Source of the DNA: an uncultured Acidobacteriota bacterium
GTDB lineage: Bacteria > Acidobacteriota > UBA6911
Length of the DNA stretch: 64,000 bases
Assembly (NCBI GenBank): GCA_963827655.1
Contig: CAWHCF010000043.1
Location: 64,001-128,000, forward strand
Direction of reading: 5' to 3'
The translations under genes and the position numbers were made by a program. Under the pieces are notes generated by a model. The model did not search any database. It was not told the DNA's origin and was given only the letters and a program-made list of their open reading frames with translations. Below are positions 23,596 to 35,084 of the stretch, piece after piece. Position 1 is the stretch's first letter, and each line of letters begins with the position of its first letter.

Positions 23596-24327
23596 TCAAC
23601 GGAATCCGAGCTTCTGAGAGAGCCGGTCCATGCGCTCCACCAGATTCTGCGCTTCCTTCCTGGGTACATCCAGGGAGCCCCGATGCACGAGCCTACCTAG
23701 TTCCCGGTGCAGCGTCCTGGCATGCTGGGCATCGCCGGCAGCCAGCGATTTTTCGAAGCGGCTCTTCAACGCAATCGAAAGACGGTCGTCTGCCTGCAAG
23801 AGAGCGCGAAAATCAGCCGGCAGCGCGGGAAGGTATTCCAGGCCGTGGCACGAGGCGCAGTAGTCGGCGAGACTGAAGAGCTGCGGTGGATTTCCGACGT
23901 CGTGCGCGCCGTGACAATCGACACAGTTCACAACCGCTTTTGCACCACGTATTCTGGCGTGGCCGCTCCCGGCATACAGAGTCTGTTGATCCGCATGGCA
24001 GCGCCCGCAGAAACTCGCAACTTCCGAGGACCCGGGAGGTCGATCAAGACGCGCGTGGGCGGTTTCGAGCGTGAGCGCCTCGGGATTGCCGCCGTGGCAG
24101 CCGGAGCAACCGACCGAAGCGATCGTATGGACGCTGGTTCTTGCGCGGGTTACCGGTTTGGACCAACGCTCGGGCAGGCGCGCGTGACAGCTTACGCAAT
24201 TCGAGGTCTTACGCTGGGCTCCGGCCCCTGCGGCCGAAGCATCCATCAGGAGCGAAGAGGACAGCAAAGCGGCGATTCCCAGCCAGAGCAGGGCACTCCC
24301 TGGATCCGAAGACTTCGGTGGGATCAC
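23596..24327 (-). CDS. Pentaheme c-type cytochrome
   Basis: CVSCH, CSGCH, CGRCH, CVDCH, CASCH; signal peptide; GTGA start/stop overlap with the upstream gene. Confidence 0.85.
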   Translation of the reverse strand: MIPPKSSDPGSALLWLGIAALLSSSLLMDASAAGAGAQRKTSNCVSCHARLPERWSKPVTRARTSVHTIASVGCSGCHGGNPEALTLETAHARLDRPPGSSEVASFCGRCHADQQTLYAGSGHARIRGAKAVVNCVDCHGAHDVGNPPQLFSLADYCASCHGLEYLPALPADFRALLQADDRLSIALKSRFEKSLAAGDAQHARTLHRELGRLVHRGSLDVPRKEAQNLVERMDRLSQKLGFR

Positions 24328-24842
24328 TTCTTCTGCAATGACGCCGCGGCGGGAGGTTGAGGTGGCATGCTGGTATTGAAGATGTCTGCTGTTGCCTTCC
24401 ACTTTGCATCCGGTTGACGGCGCCAGGCCACCAGGTATTTTCCTCGGTCCGTGATGGTCTCGCCTTGAGGCGGTTTTATCGTCATGCTGTAGCGTCCTAC
24501 TTCGTAGGCCAGGTCGGCGCTCTGCTCGACGCGGTCGGTGATCAAGGAAATCTCTTGCACGCCCGACTTGAGAAGACCCGTCCAGAGGGCTTCGATTTGA
24601 TTTTTTCCTGAAACGGCATCCTGGTTTGGGGGAAGAACGATGGCATCATCCGAATAGTAGTCGCGCACCAGTTGCGCCCCATTCCCGGCTCGCACCGCCG
24701 CCATGAACGCACTATTGGCCTCCTGGATCGCTTCCTTGGTACGGGCCAGCTCTTGCCCAGCCAGTTCCGCTCTCTGGGCCGTCGATTCCCCGCAGCCGGT
24801 CAGGAACGCGAGTACCCCAAGTCCGATCAAGAGTAGTCTCAT
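24324..24842 (-). CDS. SnoaL/DUF4440 (YybH-like, NTF2 fold) lipoprotein
   Basis: Lipobox LTGC; YSDDAIVLPP, GKYLVAWRRQPDAKWK. Confidence 0.85.
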   Translation of the reverse strand: MRLLLIGLGVLAFLTGCGESTAQRAELAGQELARTKEAIQEANSAFMAAVRAGNGAQLVRDYYSDDAIVLPPNQDAVSGKNQIEALWTGLLKSGVQEISLITDRVEQSADLAYEVGRYSMTIKPPQGETITDRGKYLVAWRRQPDAKWKATADIFNTSMPPQPPAAASLQKK

Positions 24843-24875
24843 GCAATCTCCAGGGCCGCCCGCCGTGAGGGGCCC

Positions 24876-24914
24876 AAAAGAAAAGGCGGCAAGGCCGAAA
24901 ACACCCTGCCGCCT
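24876..24914 (-). terminator. Rho-independent terminator after the radical SAM gene
   Basis: Minus strand AGGCGGCAGGG...CCTTGCCGCCT followed by TTTCTTTT. Confidence 0.75.
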
Positions 24915-24939
24915 ACGGTTCGTTCAATTGTGTTCTTGC

Positions 24940-26895
<1,956 letters not shown>

Positions 26896-27176
26896 AAAGT
26901 TCCATTCTCCTTGAGACCGATTTGTAAGCGCGTTATGACAGCTTCGATTCCCATTTCGGGAGTCAAAACCTCTCTCCGCTGTCCTGAAGCACGCTCAAAC
27001 TAGTTCAGCTTCAACGTCTTATCCCCAAAAGGATAGACTAAGGGCTCAACCGGTAGCGGCTTTTGACCGGGGGAATATATCACAAGGATGCAAAAAATAG
27101 AATCCTTAGGAAATGATCTTTCGCGATTCCTGGATTTCGCCTGCACGCAAATGCCAGAAACCTGCCCAGGTGAAAT

Positions 27177-28463
27177 TTAGGTGAACTTCTCCAGGCTCAG
27201 ATCCGACTTCCAACTCTGGTTCGTCTTGAGTAGCTGGTTCCAGGTCATTTCCTTGCCGTCGTAGGATGATTGCCGTCCCAGGATGGCGCTCAGGGTTGAT
27301 TCGGCTCCCTGGACCAGCTGATTGTGGAACTGACCGGTTTTGATGGAATCGACGAAAGCCTTGACCTTCTCGGGTGTGGCCTCACTGAGAGGATCGACTT
27401 CCATCTTCTGCTTTTCCGCTGTCGGCTTAGGAGGCTCCGCCTTCCATTCACTGAGTCCCGCGATAAACACTCCCCCGCTGTAATGCGCCTCGGCATATCC
27501 CTTGCTGCCCAGGAACCGAACGCAGACATCGGCCCATTTGGGAAGAAACTGCGTCGACTGAAAGCCGACCCGAACGTCGCCGGGATAGTGGTACATGGTG
27601 ACGAAGTGATCCGAAACGTCGCCGACGTCGGTACGAACCCTGCGCCCCGCGCTGGCGTAAGCCTTTTCAGGATGTGATTTCAATACCCAGTTGATCCAGT
27701 CGAGAATGTGGACATTCTGCTCGACCAGAATATCCCCACTCAGTACGCGATCGAAGAACCAGTCGCGGATTTTCGCCTCCTGCGGCGACATTCCCGGTTT
27801 GGTTCTTCGCGGAAGATCACCGGCCAGATAGTAACTTTGAACGCAGGCAATGTCGCCGATGGCGCCTTCGTGAATGCGCCTCGTCATTTCCTTGTATTCG
27901 GGAGAGTAGCGAATCTGAAATCCGACGTGAACGCTCTGTTTCCCCTCCACTTTCGCGGCGAGCTCCTGCACTTTCTTGCAGCCACGCACGTCGGTCGCCA
28001 CCGGCTTCTCCAGGTAGATATGCTTCTTGCCGGCGACGGCGCCTTCGAGGTGTTCCGGATGGAAATAGGGAGGCGTTGAGATGAGCACGATGTCGATATC
28101 GGTATTGGAGAGATCGATGTAGGCGCGCGGTCCCTTGAACATCTTGCCCGCGTCTATTCCCGCGTGACCCTGAGCCTTGTTCAGACGGTCGAATGAACTC
28201 CGGGCCTTATCGAGTTGATCCTGGAAGAGGTCGGCCAATCCAGCCATCCGCACGCCGGCCCTCGTGACGAAAGACTCAGCCACGCTCGATCCGCGCCCGC
28301 CGCAGCCGATCATCCCTAGCTGAAGAGTTGAATTCGCCCGGCTGCCGAAAGCGATTTCCGGCGTCGTGAGAAGAATTCCAGCGCCGGCGGCGCCGGCCGA
28401 TTTTACGAAGTCTCGCCGCCCCATTGCGGCGTCGTTAACGTCTTTTCCCGCTTTGATTGTCAT
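27177..28463 (-). CDS. Gfo/Idh/MocA oxidoreductase, Tat-exported
   Basis: GRRDFVK Tat motif; IGCGGRG, TPPYFH, EKPVA, EQNVHILD. Confidence 0.92.
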   Translation of the reverse strand: MTIKAGKDVNDAAMGRRDFVKSAGAAGAGILLTTPEIAFGSRANSTLQLGMIGCGGRGSSVAESFVTRAGVRMAGLADLFQDQLDKARSSFDRLNKAQGHAGIDAGKMFKGPRAYIDLSNTDIDIVLISTPPYFHPEHLEGAVAGKKHIYLEKPVATDVRGCKKVQELAAKVEGKQSVHVGFQIRYSPEYKEMTRRIHEGAIGDIACVQSYYLAGDLPRRTKPGMSPQEAKIRDWFFDRVLSGDILVEQNVHILDWINWVLKSHPEKAYASAGRRVRTDVGDVSDHFVTMYHYPGDVRVGFQSTQFLPKWADVCVRFLGSKGYAEAHYSGGVFIAGLSEWKAEPPKPTAEKQKMEVDPLSEATPEKVKAFVDSIKTGQFHNQLVQGAESTLSAILGRQSSYDGKEMTWNQLLKTNQSWKSDLSLEKFT

Positions 28464-28502
28464 AGCTCTGCTCCCTGATGGCATAGGATTCTAACCCAAG
28501 TC

Positions 28503-28631
28503 ACCCAAGACGGCGAGTGAAGAAAATCCGATGTTCCCCGTTAAGATACTTCGCGTTTTCCTGGTGTCTTCGTGTCTTTGTGGTTGGCAACGGAAGAAGA
28601 TAAACCGCAGAGACGCAAAGACTCGAAGAAA
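28503..28631. repeat. Mosaic of 8-nt-period units (inverted pair) with CCCCGTTAAGAT linker
   Basis: CCTGGTGTCTTCGTGTCTTTGTGGTT ... AACCGCAGAGACGCAAAGACTCGAAGAA. Confidence 0.75.
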
Positions 28632-28636
28632 CCCGC

Positions 28637-29479
28637 TCAATCGACGAGTCGGTAGCGCGGCTGAAGCGGGTTCGCGCCGGGATCCTCGACCTTCACTTTT
28701 CCGGACTGAGCGAGGGCATCGAGATGGGCCAGCACCGATTGCTGAGCGGCCGGGTAAAGGCCAGGGTCCACTCCCGCGTAGATATGACGGACGATTGCCG
28801 GGACGGTCTCGATGCCGGCGCGCAGCGCCTCCACCACCTGGGTCGTGCGCATCTTTCTGTGAGCAATCAACTCTTCGATCCGGCTGTTCGCGTCGTAAAT
28901 CGGCGCGCCGTGCGCCGGGTACATGATGGCGACATCGACAGAGCGCAGGCGCTCGAGCGATGCCAGATAGCTGTTCAAATCGCCGTCCGGGCGCGCAATG
29001 ACTGAAGTCGACCAGCCCATCACGTGATCTCCGGTAAAAAGAGAGCGCTCCTGCCGAAGGAAATAGGAGACATGATCGCTGATGTGGCCCGGAGTGTATA
29101 GGACCTCAAGGCTCCAGTCCCCATCGCCTATGACATCACCCTCACTCACCTGGTGGGTGGGTTCATAGCCATTGTGGGATTTGTAACCGAATGTCGGCGC
29201 CCCCAGAGCCCGCGCCAGGCGCGGTGCCATGGGCCAGTGATCGGGATGGGCGTGACTGGGCGCGATGCCGCGGACAGGAGTCGAGCCAATCAGCCGCATT
29301 ACCGCATCAAAGTGCTCGTCAGTGTTTTCTCCGGGATCCAGGATAAAAAGGGAGTGCAGGCCGATCAGATAGGTATTGGTGCCCGGACCGGTCATGAGTC
29401 CGGGATTGTTTTGAGTCACGCGCCGGACGCGTCGCGACAGCTGAACCACCTCCCCGGGTACGATTGAAGCGCTACTCAT
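28637..29479 (-). CDS. MBL-fold metallo-hydrolase (LACTB2-like)
   Basis: NPGLMTGPGTNTY, SHAHPDH, TPGH, FTGDH, PAHG. Confidence 0.9.
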   Translation of the reverse strand: MSSASIVPGEVVQLSRRVRRVTQNNPGLMTGPGTNTYLIGLHSLFILDPGENTDEHFDAVMRLIGSTPVRGIAPSHAHPDHWPMAPRLARALGAPTFGYKSHNGYEPTHQVSEGDVIGDGDWSLEVLYTPGHISDHVSYFLRQERSLFTGDHVMGWSTSVIARPDGDLNSYLASLERLRSVDVAIMYPAHGAPIYDANSRIEELIAHRKMRTTQVVEALRAGIETVPAIVRHIYAGVDPGLYPAAQQSVLAHLDALAQSGKVKVEDPGANPLQPRYRLVD

Positions 29480-30332
29480 CGTCTGCTCGGTCCAGACTTG
29501 CCTGGAGTATTTCGGCCGGCGATGCTGCCGCGGGAATCGACTCCTCGAAACCTTCATCACCGGGAACGAGAATTCGAATACCGGTTTGATCTCTTACCAC
29601 GCGGGGTTGAATGGCCAGGATATTACGTGGAGCGCAAGCCACTGCTTCTGCGTCCCGGGTTTGCCCAAAGTCGCGCAGAAGCTCCAAATTGCGCAGCGTC
29701 GGAAAGATGACCAGCCACTCTTTATTGCGAGCCTTCTCCAGAGCCTCTTGAGGCGTTACCCAGGAAGAATCGGTGAGTTCCGAGCCGTCGTGAACCGCAG
29801 CCTGCCGTCTCGGCGCCACCGTAAGAAAAAACCGCGTGTCATAACGCCGCGGCTGGCCCTCCGGAGTGATCCAATGCGCCCAGTAATGAACTCGATCGGT
29901 TGCCAGTTTCAACCCCTCGCGCCGGGCCAGGTCCGAAATCGACAGTCGGCCCTGGTTCAGCTGTTCGCGATAGTCCCGGTAGCGCTTCTCAATGGCGGGG
30001 TCTCCGAAATCGAGAATCTGGCCGGCGGCATCGTACATCAACAGAACGCCCGATTCTTCGAAGCACTCTCGAATTGCGGCCACCCAGTAGCCCAGCCCAC
30101 CACGGGCGACCCCCAGCGCCGCGGACGCCGATTCATCGGTATGCCCGGCGCACAACCGCTCATCGACTTCATCATCCGGGTCGAGAACTCCGCCGGGGAA
30201 AACGTGGGCGCCGCCGACGAAATCAGACTTGAGGTGGCGCTTCAACATGAATACCTCGACGCCGCTCTTTCCATCCCGCAGCAGGATCACAGTCGACGCA
30301 TTTCGGACTGAATTCACTCGGCGCCACTCCAT
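29472..30332 (-). CDS. NUDIX hydrolase (NUDT19-like CoA diphosphatase family)
   Basis: VFPGG, AAIRECFEESG, WITP...RRYDTRFF. Confidence 0.9.
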   Translation of the reverse strand: MEWRRVNSVRNASTVILLRDGKSGVEVFMLKRHLKSDFVGGAHVFPGGVLDPDDEVDERLCAGHTDESASAALGVARGGLGYWVAAIRECFEESGVLLMYDAAGQILDFGDPAIEKRYRDYREQLNQGRLSISDLARREGLKLATDRVHYWAHWITPEGQPRRYDTRFFLTVAPRRQAAVHDGSELTDSSWVTPQEALEKARNKEWLVIFPTLRNLELLRDFGQTRDAEAVACAPRNILAIQPRVVRDQTGIRILVPGDEGFEESIPAAASPAEILQASLDRADDE

Positions 30333-30411
30333 CGGCGTGCTTTGAACGATGCAGTTAGACTTAACTCATCCACTGGAAAAATCGATACCAGGTCGGCGTC
30401 CAGCATTGCGG

Positions 30412-30498
30412 TGGTGCCGAAGGGGGGACTCGAACCCCCACGAGCTTAAGCCCACTAGACCCTGAACCTAGCGCGTCTGCCAATTCCGCCACTTCGGC
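30412..30498 (-). tRNA. tRNA-Leu(CAG)
   Basis: GCCGAAGTGGCGGAATTGGCAGACGCG CTAGG-TTCAGGG-TCTAG, long variable arm, GGTTCGAGTCC, encoded CCA. Confidence 0.97.
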
Positions 30499-30600
30499 AC
30501 GTTGCGGATCAGATGATATAGGAAAAATGGCCGAGAGGCTACCTTTCCCTTTTTCTCCAGCTCCCAAAGATATCGATGCCGTGTCTTGAAAGGTAGCCTG

Positions 30601-31800
30601 TCAGCGAAGTCGCCACAGCGGAAGAATTTGTGCCAGCGCGCGAGGATCTTTACCGCGCAATCTTTCGGGATCGATTCCCAGCTGGCTCGCCTGCTGCATT
30701 GCCGCCTCCGCGCGGGCGTTTTCTCCCTGCGCCGCCAGGACGACACCCATCAGATAATGAAGTATCCCCACGCTGGGTTGGTACTTCAGCGCTTCTGAGA
30801 GTACGGCGAGCGCTTCAGCCTGGTTTCCCTGCAGATGGTGGGAGATTGCGAGATTGATGGCAATCACCGCATCGTTCTTGGCCAGGCTTTGAGCCTCCGC
30901 CAGGTATTGAAGGGCCGGCTGAAAATCTCCGGCGCGCAAGTAGGACGTTCCTGCATTGTTCAGGACTTCGGGGGGCCGGGCGTAAGGGATAATGTTGGAG
31001 AAGGCGCGCGCCGCATCGGAAAATGAGCCTTGCTTGCCATAGCAGATTCCGAGCATGAACTGGGTTTCGAGATATTGGGGTGGTTTGGTGCGCGCCTGTT
31101 GCAAGTGTCTGACCGCTCGCTGGCAATCATCCTTCTTGTAATAGTGATTTCCAAGATAGAACTGAGCCTCAGGAAGGTCGCTATACATTTCGACGGCCTT
31201 GAGCGAGAGTTTAAGCCGCGCTTCCGGGTCGTTCTGGCCGAGACTCCGCACGTAGTAGGTATAAGCCAGGTTGGGGATAGTGCGCGTCCTTTCCCGATAC
31301 TGATCGCGCGAAACACTCCGGGCGAGACCTTTCTGGTTCAAAATCTCCCAGGCCAGCTCGTTTTCCATTTGGGGCAAGGCTATCGAGGAACCTGACGTAG
31401 TAATCTCGTTACCCAGCTTCATCGATTTCAGATCGAGTACCTGCATCACAATCTGGATCGCATCCAACGTTCCCGAGTAAGATCCGAAAACCAGATGATC
31501 CGCCGCCCCCTGTTGCGCCACCCTTATCATGCTCGCGCGGCTGAGAGGCACATTGGGAGGGAGATCTGAGCTCTCCACCAGTCGCGTCATCTCCGCGCGC
31601 GGAGTAACGCGAACTCCGGGCATCTCGAGAGCCTCGCAGATCGAGACCGTCAAGCACTCTCCAATCCACGCCAGCGAGGCAGACTTGGTGAGGTTCTCGG
31701 CCGGGAATACCATGAGCGCAACGGCTTTCTCAGACTCCGCGCGCGCGATCCCGCAGGCCCAACAAGCAAGAATCAGAATGGAATGACGTAACCGCCTCAT
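30601..31800 (-). CDS. Secreted TPR-repeat protein with TolB-N/CsgG-like N-domain
   Basis: Signal peptide; VFPAENL; helical repeats AQFYLG, TQFMLG, VLNNAG, HYLMG. Confidence 0.8.
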   Translation of the reverse strand: MRRLRHSILILACWACGIARAESEKAVALMVFPAENLTKSASLAWIGECLTVSICEALEMPGVRVTPRAEMTRLVESSDLPPNVPLSRASMIRVAQQGAADHLVFGSYSGTLDAIQIVMQVLDLKSMKLGNEITTSGSSIALPQMENELAWEILNQKGLARSVSRDQYRERTRTIPNLAYTYYVRSLGQNDPEARLKLSLKAVEMYSDLPEAQFYLGNHYYKKDDCQRAVRHLQQARTKPPQYLETQFMLGICYGKQGSFSDAARAFSNIIPYARPPEVLNNAGTSYLRAGDFQPALQYLAEAQSLAKNDAVIAINLAISHHLQGNQAEALAVLSEALKYQPSVGILHYLMGVVLAAQGENARAEAAMQQASQLGIDPERLRGKDPRALAQILPLWRLR

Positions 31801-31883
31801 TATCCTCTCGCGCGATCTCTCCGAAGAATTATGTGTACCATGCCGGCGAGCCGATCACAACCCAAGGCTTCCCCGTGTTTGAT

Positions 31884-31956
31884 CTTTGCGTCTTCGTGTC
31901 TTCGTGGTTAGAGCTGCAAAACAAATACCACGAGGACACAAAGACACGAAGAAACG
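31884..31956. repeat. ~72-bp composite palindrome of the 8-nt-period family
   Basis: Reverse complement is near-identical to 57470-57544, including the TATTTGTT...AGCTCTA linker. Confidence 0.85.
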
Positions 31957-31984
31957 CCGAGAGTCTTCGCCAAAAAGCAGGAAG

Positions 31985-32502
31985 GCCATCCGAGCCGCGA
32001 GCTTCTCACGAGTCGCTGCATACTGGTCCCACCCTTGGCCAGTCCGCGCGAAATGGTACTGCAGTTTCATGAGTCCGACGATCTGCTCGACGGCCTGCGG
32101 CCGCATGCCGCGAGCTGTCATTTCGTTTTGCGCCTGATCGATTGTGGTCTCGGCTGCTGGTATACCGGCGCCTGAGATGCTGATAAGAAAGGCAAGGTCC
32201 TTCGCGCGGACGGCGGCGAGCGGCATGATCCATCCTGCCTGGCTCACTCCTAACAGTCCAATCCGTCTGCTGTCGACATCGCTACGGGTCTTCAAGTACT
32301 CAAACGCGGCCACCACATCGTCGGCCAGATCGTCGAACGAGGCTGTGTTCCAGTTGCCGGTTGAGCCGCCCACGCCGCGCTTGTCGTAGCCCAGGACGGC
32401 CATGCCGTGGCGTATCAGAAACCGGGCAAACGGAAGGATGTACTCGCGATTCTCCGGCCCGGAGCCATGAACGAGGATGATCGCCGGTTTCGAAGCGAAT
32501 CC
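31985..32502 (-). pseudogene. Alpha/beta-hydrolase internal fragment
   Basis: KPAIILVHGSG, YDKRGVGGS, GVSQAG nucleophile elbow. No start codon; truncated before the catalytic Asp/His, next to the repeat element. Confidence 0.75.
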
Positions 32503-33318
32503 CTACTGCTCGATTATGTACTCTTTTTCTCGCAGGATCAGGCACGCCGTGGATAAGAAGAAGGCCGCCAGCAAGACCAGCGTGAGGATCGACTCCAGCG
32601 GAGGGGTGCGCTCGCCGATCAGCATTGCAATGGCGCCAGGCGTATCGTCATGAGGGAAAATTGATTGGATGTAATGCGTGATGGTCAGTTTTCGCATGTA
32701 ACCCGGGAGATACGGGATGATTCCTTCCCAGCCGAAAGCGTAAAGGAGTCCCGCCAGAATCGAATGCTTGAGCCACGCTCCTAGCAGGCTGAAAAAGGCG
32801 CCGTAGGCCAGAATTGCGAGCGCCACAATCCCAAGGTCCTTGGCGAGCGCGCCGGCATCTTCGAAAAACGGGCCCAGATCGGAACCCAGGTAGAGGATCA
32901 GGTAACTCGAGACGATCGACGGCAGGACCAGCAGCAGAGCGATCCACACCAGGGCCAGGTATTTCCCGAGCATGATGACCGGCTTGGGAATAGGGCGGAC
33001 AAATAGATAGGTCAGGGTCTTCCCTTCCACTTCTTCGGAGATCAAGGCGGTTCCGTAGAAGAGGGTGATGAATACGACCAGGAAATGAATGACGGCGGTC
33101 GACATCAGGGTGCCGAACACCTGAGCCGGCGTGAACGGAGCTCGAACCCAGTTGTAGGTCAAAATCAAGCGAGCCAGAATTGACAGGCCGAGAATGAAGA
33201 CAGAGATGAAGGCAACAAAGATCGTTTTCTTGCTCCAGAAAAGCGTGTCGAGAGTCAGGAACGCGATGGTTCTGAACTCGCGCCAGGTCCTGGCCAAGCT
33301 TGACATCATGGGACTCAT
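32503..33318 (-). CDS. ABC-2 type transporter permease
   Basis: Six hydrophobic segments; EEVEGKTLTYLFVRPIPK motif. Confidence 0.87.
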   Translation of the reverse strand: MSPMMSSLARTWREFRTIAFLTLDTLFWSKKTIFVAFISVFILGLSILARLILTYNWVRAPFTPAQVFGTLMSTAVIHFLVVFITLFYGTALISEEVEGKTLTYLFVRPIPKPVIMLGKYLALVWIALLLVLPSIVSSYLILYLGSDLGPFFEDAGALAKDLGIVALAILAYGAFFSLLGAWLKHSILAGLLYAFGWEGIIPYLPGYMRKLTITHYIQSIFPHDDTPGAIAMLIGERTPPLESILTLVLLAAFFLSTACLILREKEYIIEQ

Positions 33319-33324
33319 TCCGAC

Positions 33325-34248
33325 CTACTTCACAAGATAGTGGAACACTGCCTGGAGATTATCATCGGGCGAGCTGATCTCCTCCAGATCGATTTCATGG
33401 CGCAGGAGCAGGTCCGGAAGCCTCTGATAGAACTCATCGGGCTGCGCGGACTCGAGCGTTAGAGCATTTGCCTCCGGCTGAAAACGAACGCTCAACACAT
33501 CCGAAAAACGGACCAGGATCTCGGCCAGCCGCCTTGGTTCCGAACAGCGAATGAAGATGTGATGCGGGTGCTTGTCTATCAGATCGCGGATCTGATGCAC
33601 ATCTCCCTCGGCCAGAACCTGCCCGTTATGAATCAGCAGGATGGTGGGGGTCATCGCTTCGATTTCGTGGAGAATGTGGCTTGAGACGATGACGCATTTC
33701 CCGGCTTTGCCCCACCCGCGGACGAGGCGAATCGTCTCCCGTCTTGCCACCGGATCCATCCCCGCCAAAGGTTCATCCAGCACGAGGACTTCAGGATCGT
33801 GCGCTACAGCCTGGGCCAGCTTGATTCGCTGCCGCATCCCCTTGCTGTAGGCGCCAATCTTTTTGTCTCCGGCCGCCGCCAGATCCACCAGTTCGAGGGC
33901 CGACGTCGTTCGCCGCCCGGCCTCGGCTTCGCTGAATCCGTGCATGCGTAGAAGAGCGGCAAGAAACTCGGCTCCCGTCATCCGCTCGTAAAAAGAGTCC
34001 TGTTCCGGGCAGAGTCCGATGCGCATGAACAGTCCATAGTTATTCCAGATGCGCTGGCCGAAAAGAGTGACCTGGCCTTGACTGGGGCGGAGCTGGCCGG
34101 TAATGAGCTTCATCAAGGTCGATTTGCCCGCGCCGTTCGGACCTAGAAGACCGGTAACTCCAGGGCCGACGGCGAATGAAACCTTGTTGACCGCAATGAC
34201 CTGTCCATACCACTTCGACAGTCCGCTGGCCTCCACGATCCCTGTCAC
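33325..34248 (-). CDS. ABC transporter ATP-binding protein
   Basis: GPNGAGKST, YSKGMRQR, LVLDEP, SSH. Confidence 0.93.
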   Translation of the reverse strand: MTGIVEASGLSKWYGQVIAVNKVSFAVGPGVTGLLGPNGAGKSTLMKLITGQLRPSQGQVTLFGQRIWNNYGLFMRIGLCPEQDSFYERMTGAEFLAALLRMHGFSEAEAGRRTTSALELVDLAAAGDKKIGAYSKGMRQRIKLAQAVAHDPEVLVLDEPLAGMDPVARRETIRLVRGWGKAGKCVIVSSHILHEIEAMTPTILLIHNGQVLAEGDVHQIRDLIDKHPHHIFIRCSEPRRLAEILVRFSDVLSVRFQPEANALTLESAQPDEFYQRLPDLLLRHEIDLEEISSPDDNLQAVFHYLVK

Positions 34249-35084
34249 TTGACCACCTCTACCGCCTGAATCCGCCGGTAGACGAGCCAGGCGCTACCCG
34301 CCATCAAGCCAAAGATCACCAGTCCCGAAACCCAGATCGGAGATCGGTACTGGGGCGCTGCCGCGAAAAAAAAATCACCCAGCTGGGTCAAATTGTGGGT
34401 CAACGATACCCATGCGACCTGGGTAGAGCGGAGAATATGACTCAGAATTCCATACACGATCTGGCTGAAGAAGAAGAGCGCCGCAAAGCCTATTCCGGCA
34501 AAACGGCTGCTCTTGCTCAGCGAAGAGAGCGCCAGTATCACCAGACTGTAGGTAAGGATGATGACCAGTGAATATGCGAGAATCGAGCCGGCCAACCAAT
34601 AGTTCTGCTGCAAGAAGCTCAGATTTGAATGAAAGCCGACGGCCAGAAGAAACAGCAGCACTCCGGGAACCAGCGTGGGCAACGACAGAAAAAACGCAAT
34701 CACGCCAAGTTTTCCGATGACATAGTCCTGGCGGGTTATCGGTTTGGATAAATAAATCTGAAGGGCATTTGCCTTAAGATCGTTTGAGATCAGCCCCGCC
34801 CCGGCATAGATGGCGATGACGAACGCGAAGAACAACTGCTGGGTCAGGAAGTTTTCAAAAAACTTTGCATCAACCCTCAGGAAAGGGAGGTTTCCGGCAA
34901 CCACGGAGAGGTACAGGATTACCGTGCGCACCAGAAACGGAATCGCCGAGAGTATCACGAGGGCGAGAAAGCGCTTCTTCTGAATCAGCAGGCTGATCCC
35001 TTGCCGCGTGATGACCCACCAGCGGTACGGGTGGGACGTCCACTCGCCGGACCAGTGCCGGTAACTAAGGTCATGGATCGGCAT
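34245..35084 (-). CDS. ABC-2 type transporter permease
   Basis: MPIHDLSYRHW; DLKANALQIYLSKPITR motif; multiple transmembrane segments. Confidence 0.87.
   Translation of the reverse strand: MPIHDLSYRHWSGEWTSHPYRWWVITRQGISLLIQKKRFLALVILSAIPFLVRTVILYLSVVAGNLPFLRVDAKFFENFLTQQLFFAFVIAIYAGAGLISNDLKANALQIYLSKPITRQDYVIGKLGVIAFFLSLPTLVPGVLLFLLAVGFHSNLSFLQQNYWLAGSILAYSLVIILTYSLVILALSSLSKSSRFAGIGFAALFFFSQIVYGILSHILRSTQVAWVSLTHNLTQLGDFFFAAAPQYRSPIWVSGLVIFGLMAGSAWLVYRRIQAVEVVK

Noticed and set aside
30361-30600. tRNA-Leu as an integration site for an island or prophage
   Set aside because: No integrase and no duplicated tRNA 3' end visible; flanks are housekeeping-type genes.
32503-32505. Stop-codon readthrough (pyrrolysine-type) from the permease into the hydrolase fragment
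   Set aside because: The downstream piece is a truncated, catalytically incomplete fragment and no pyl genes are visible; in-frame placement has a one-in-three chance.
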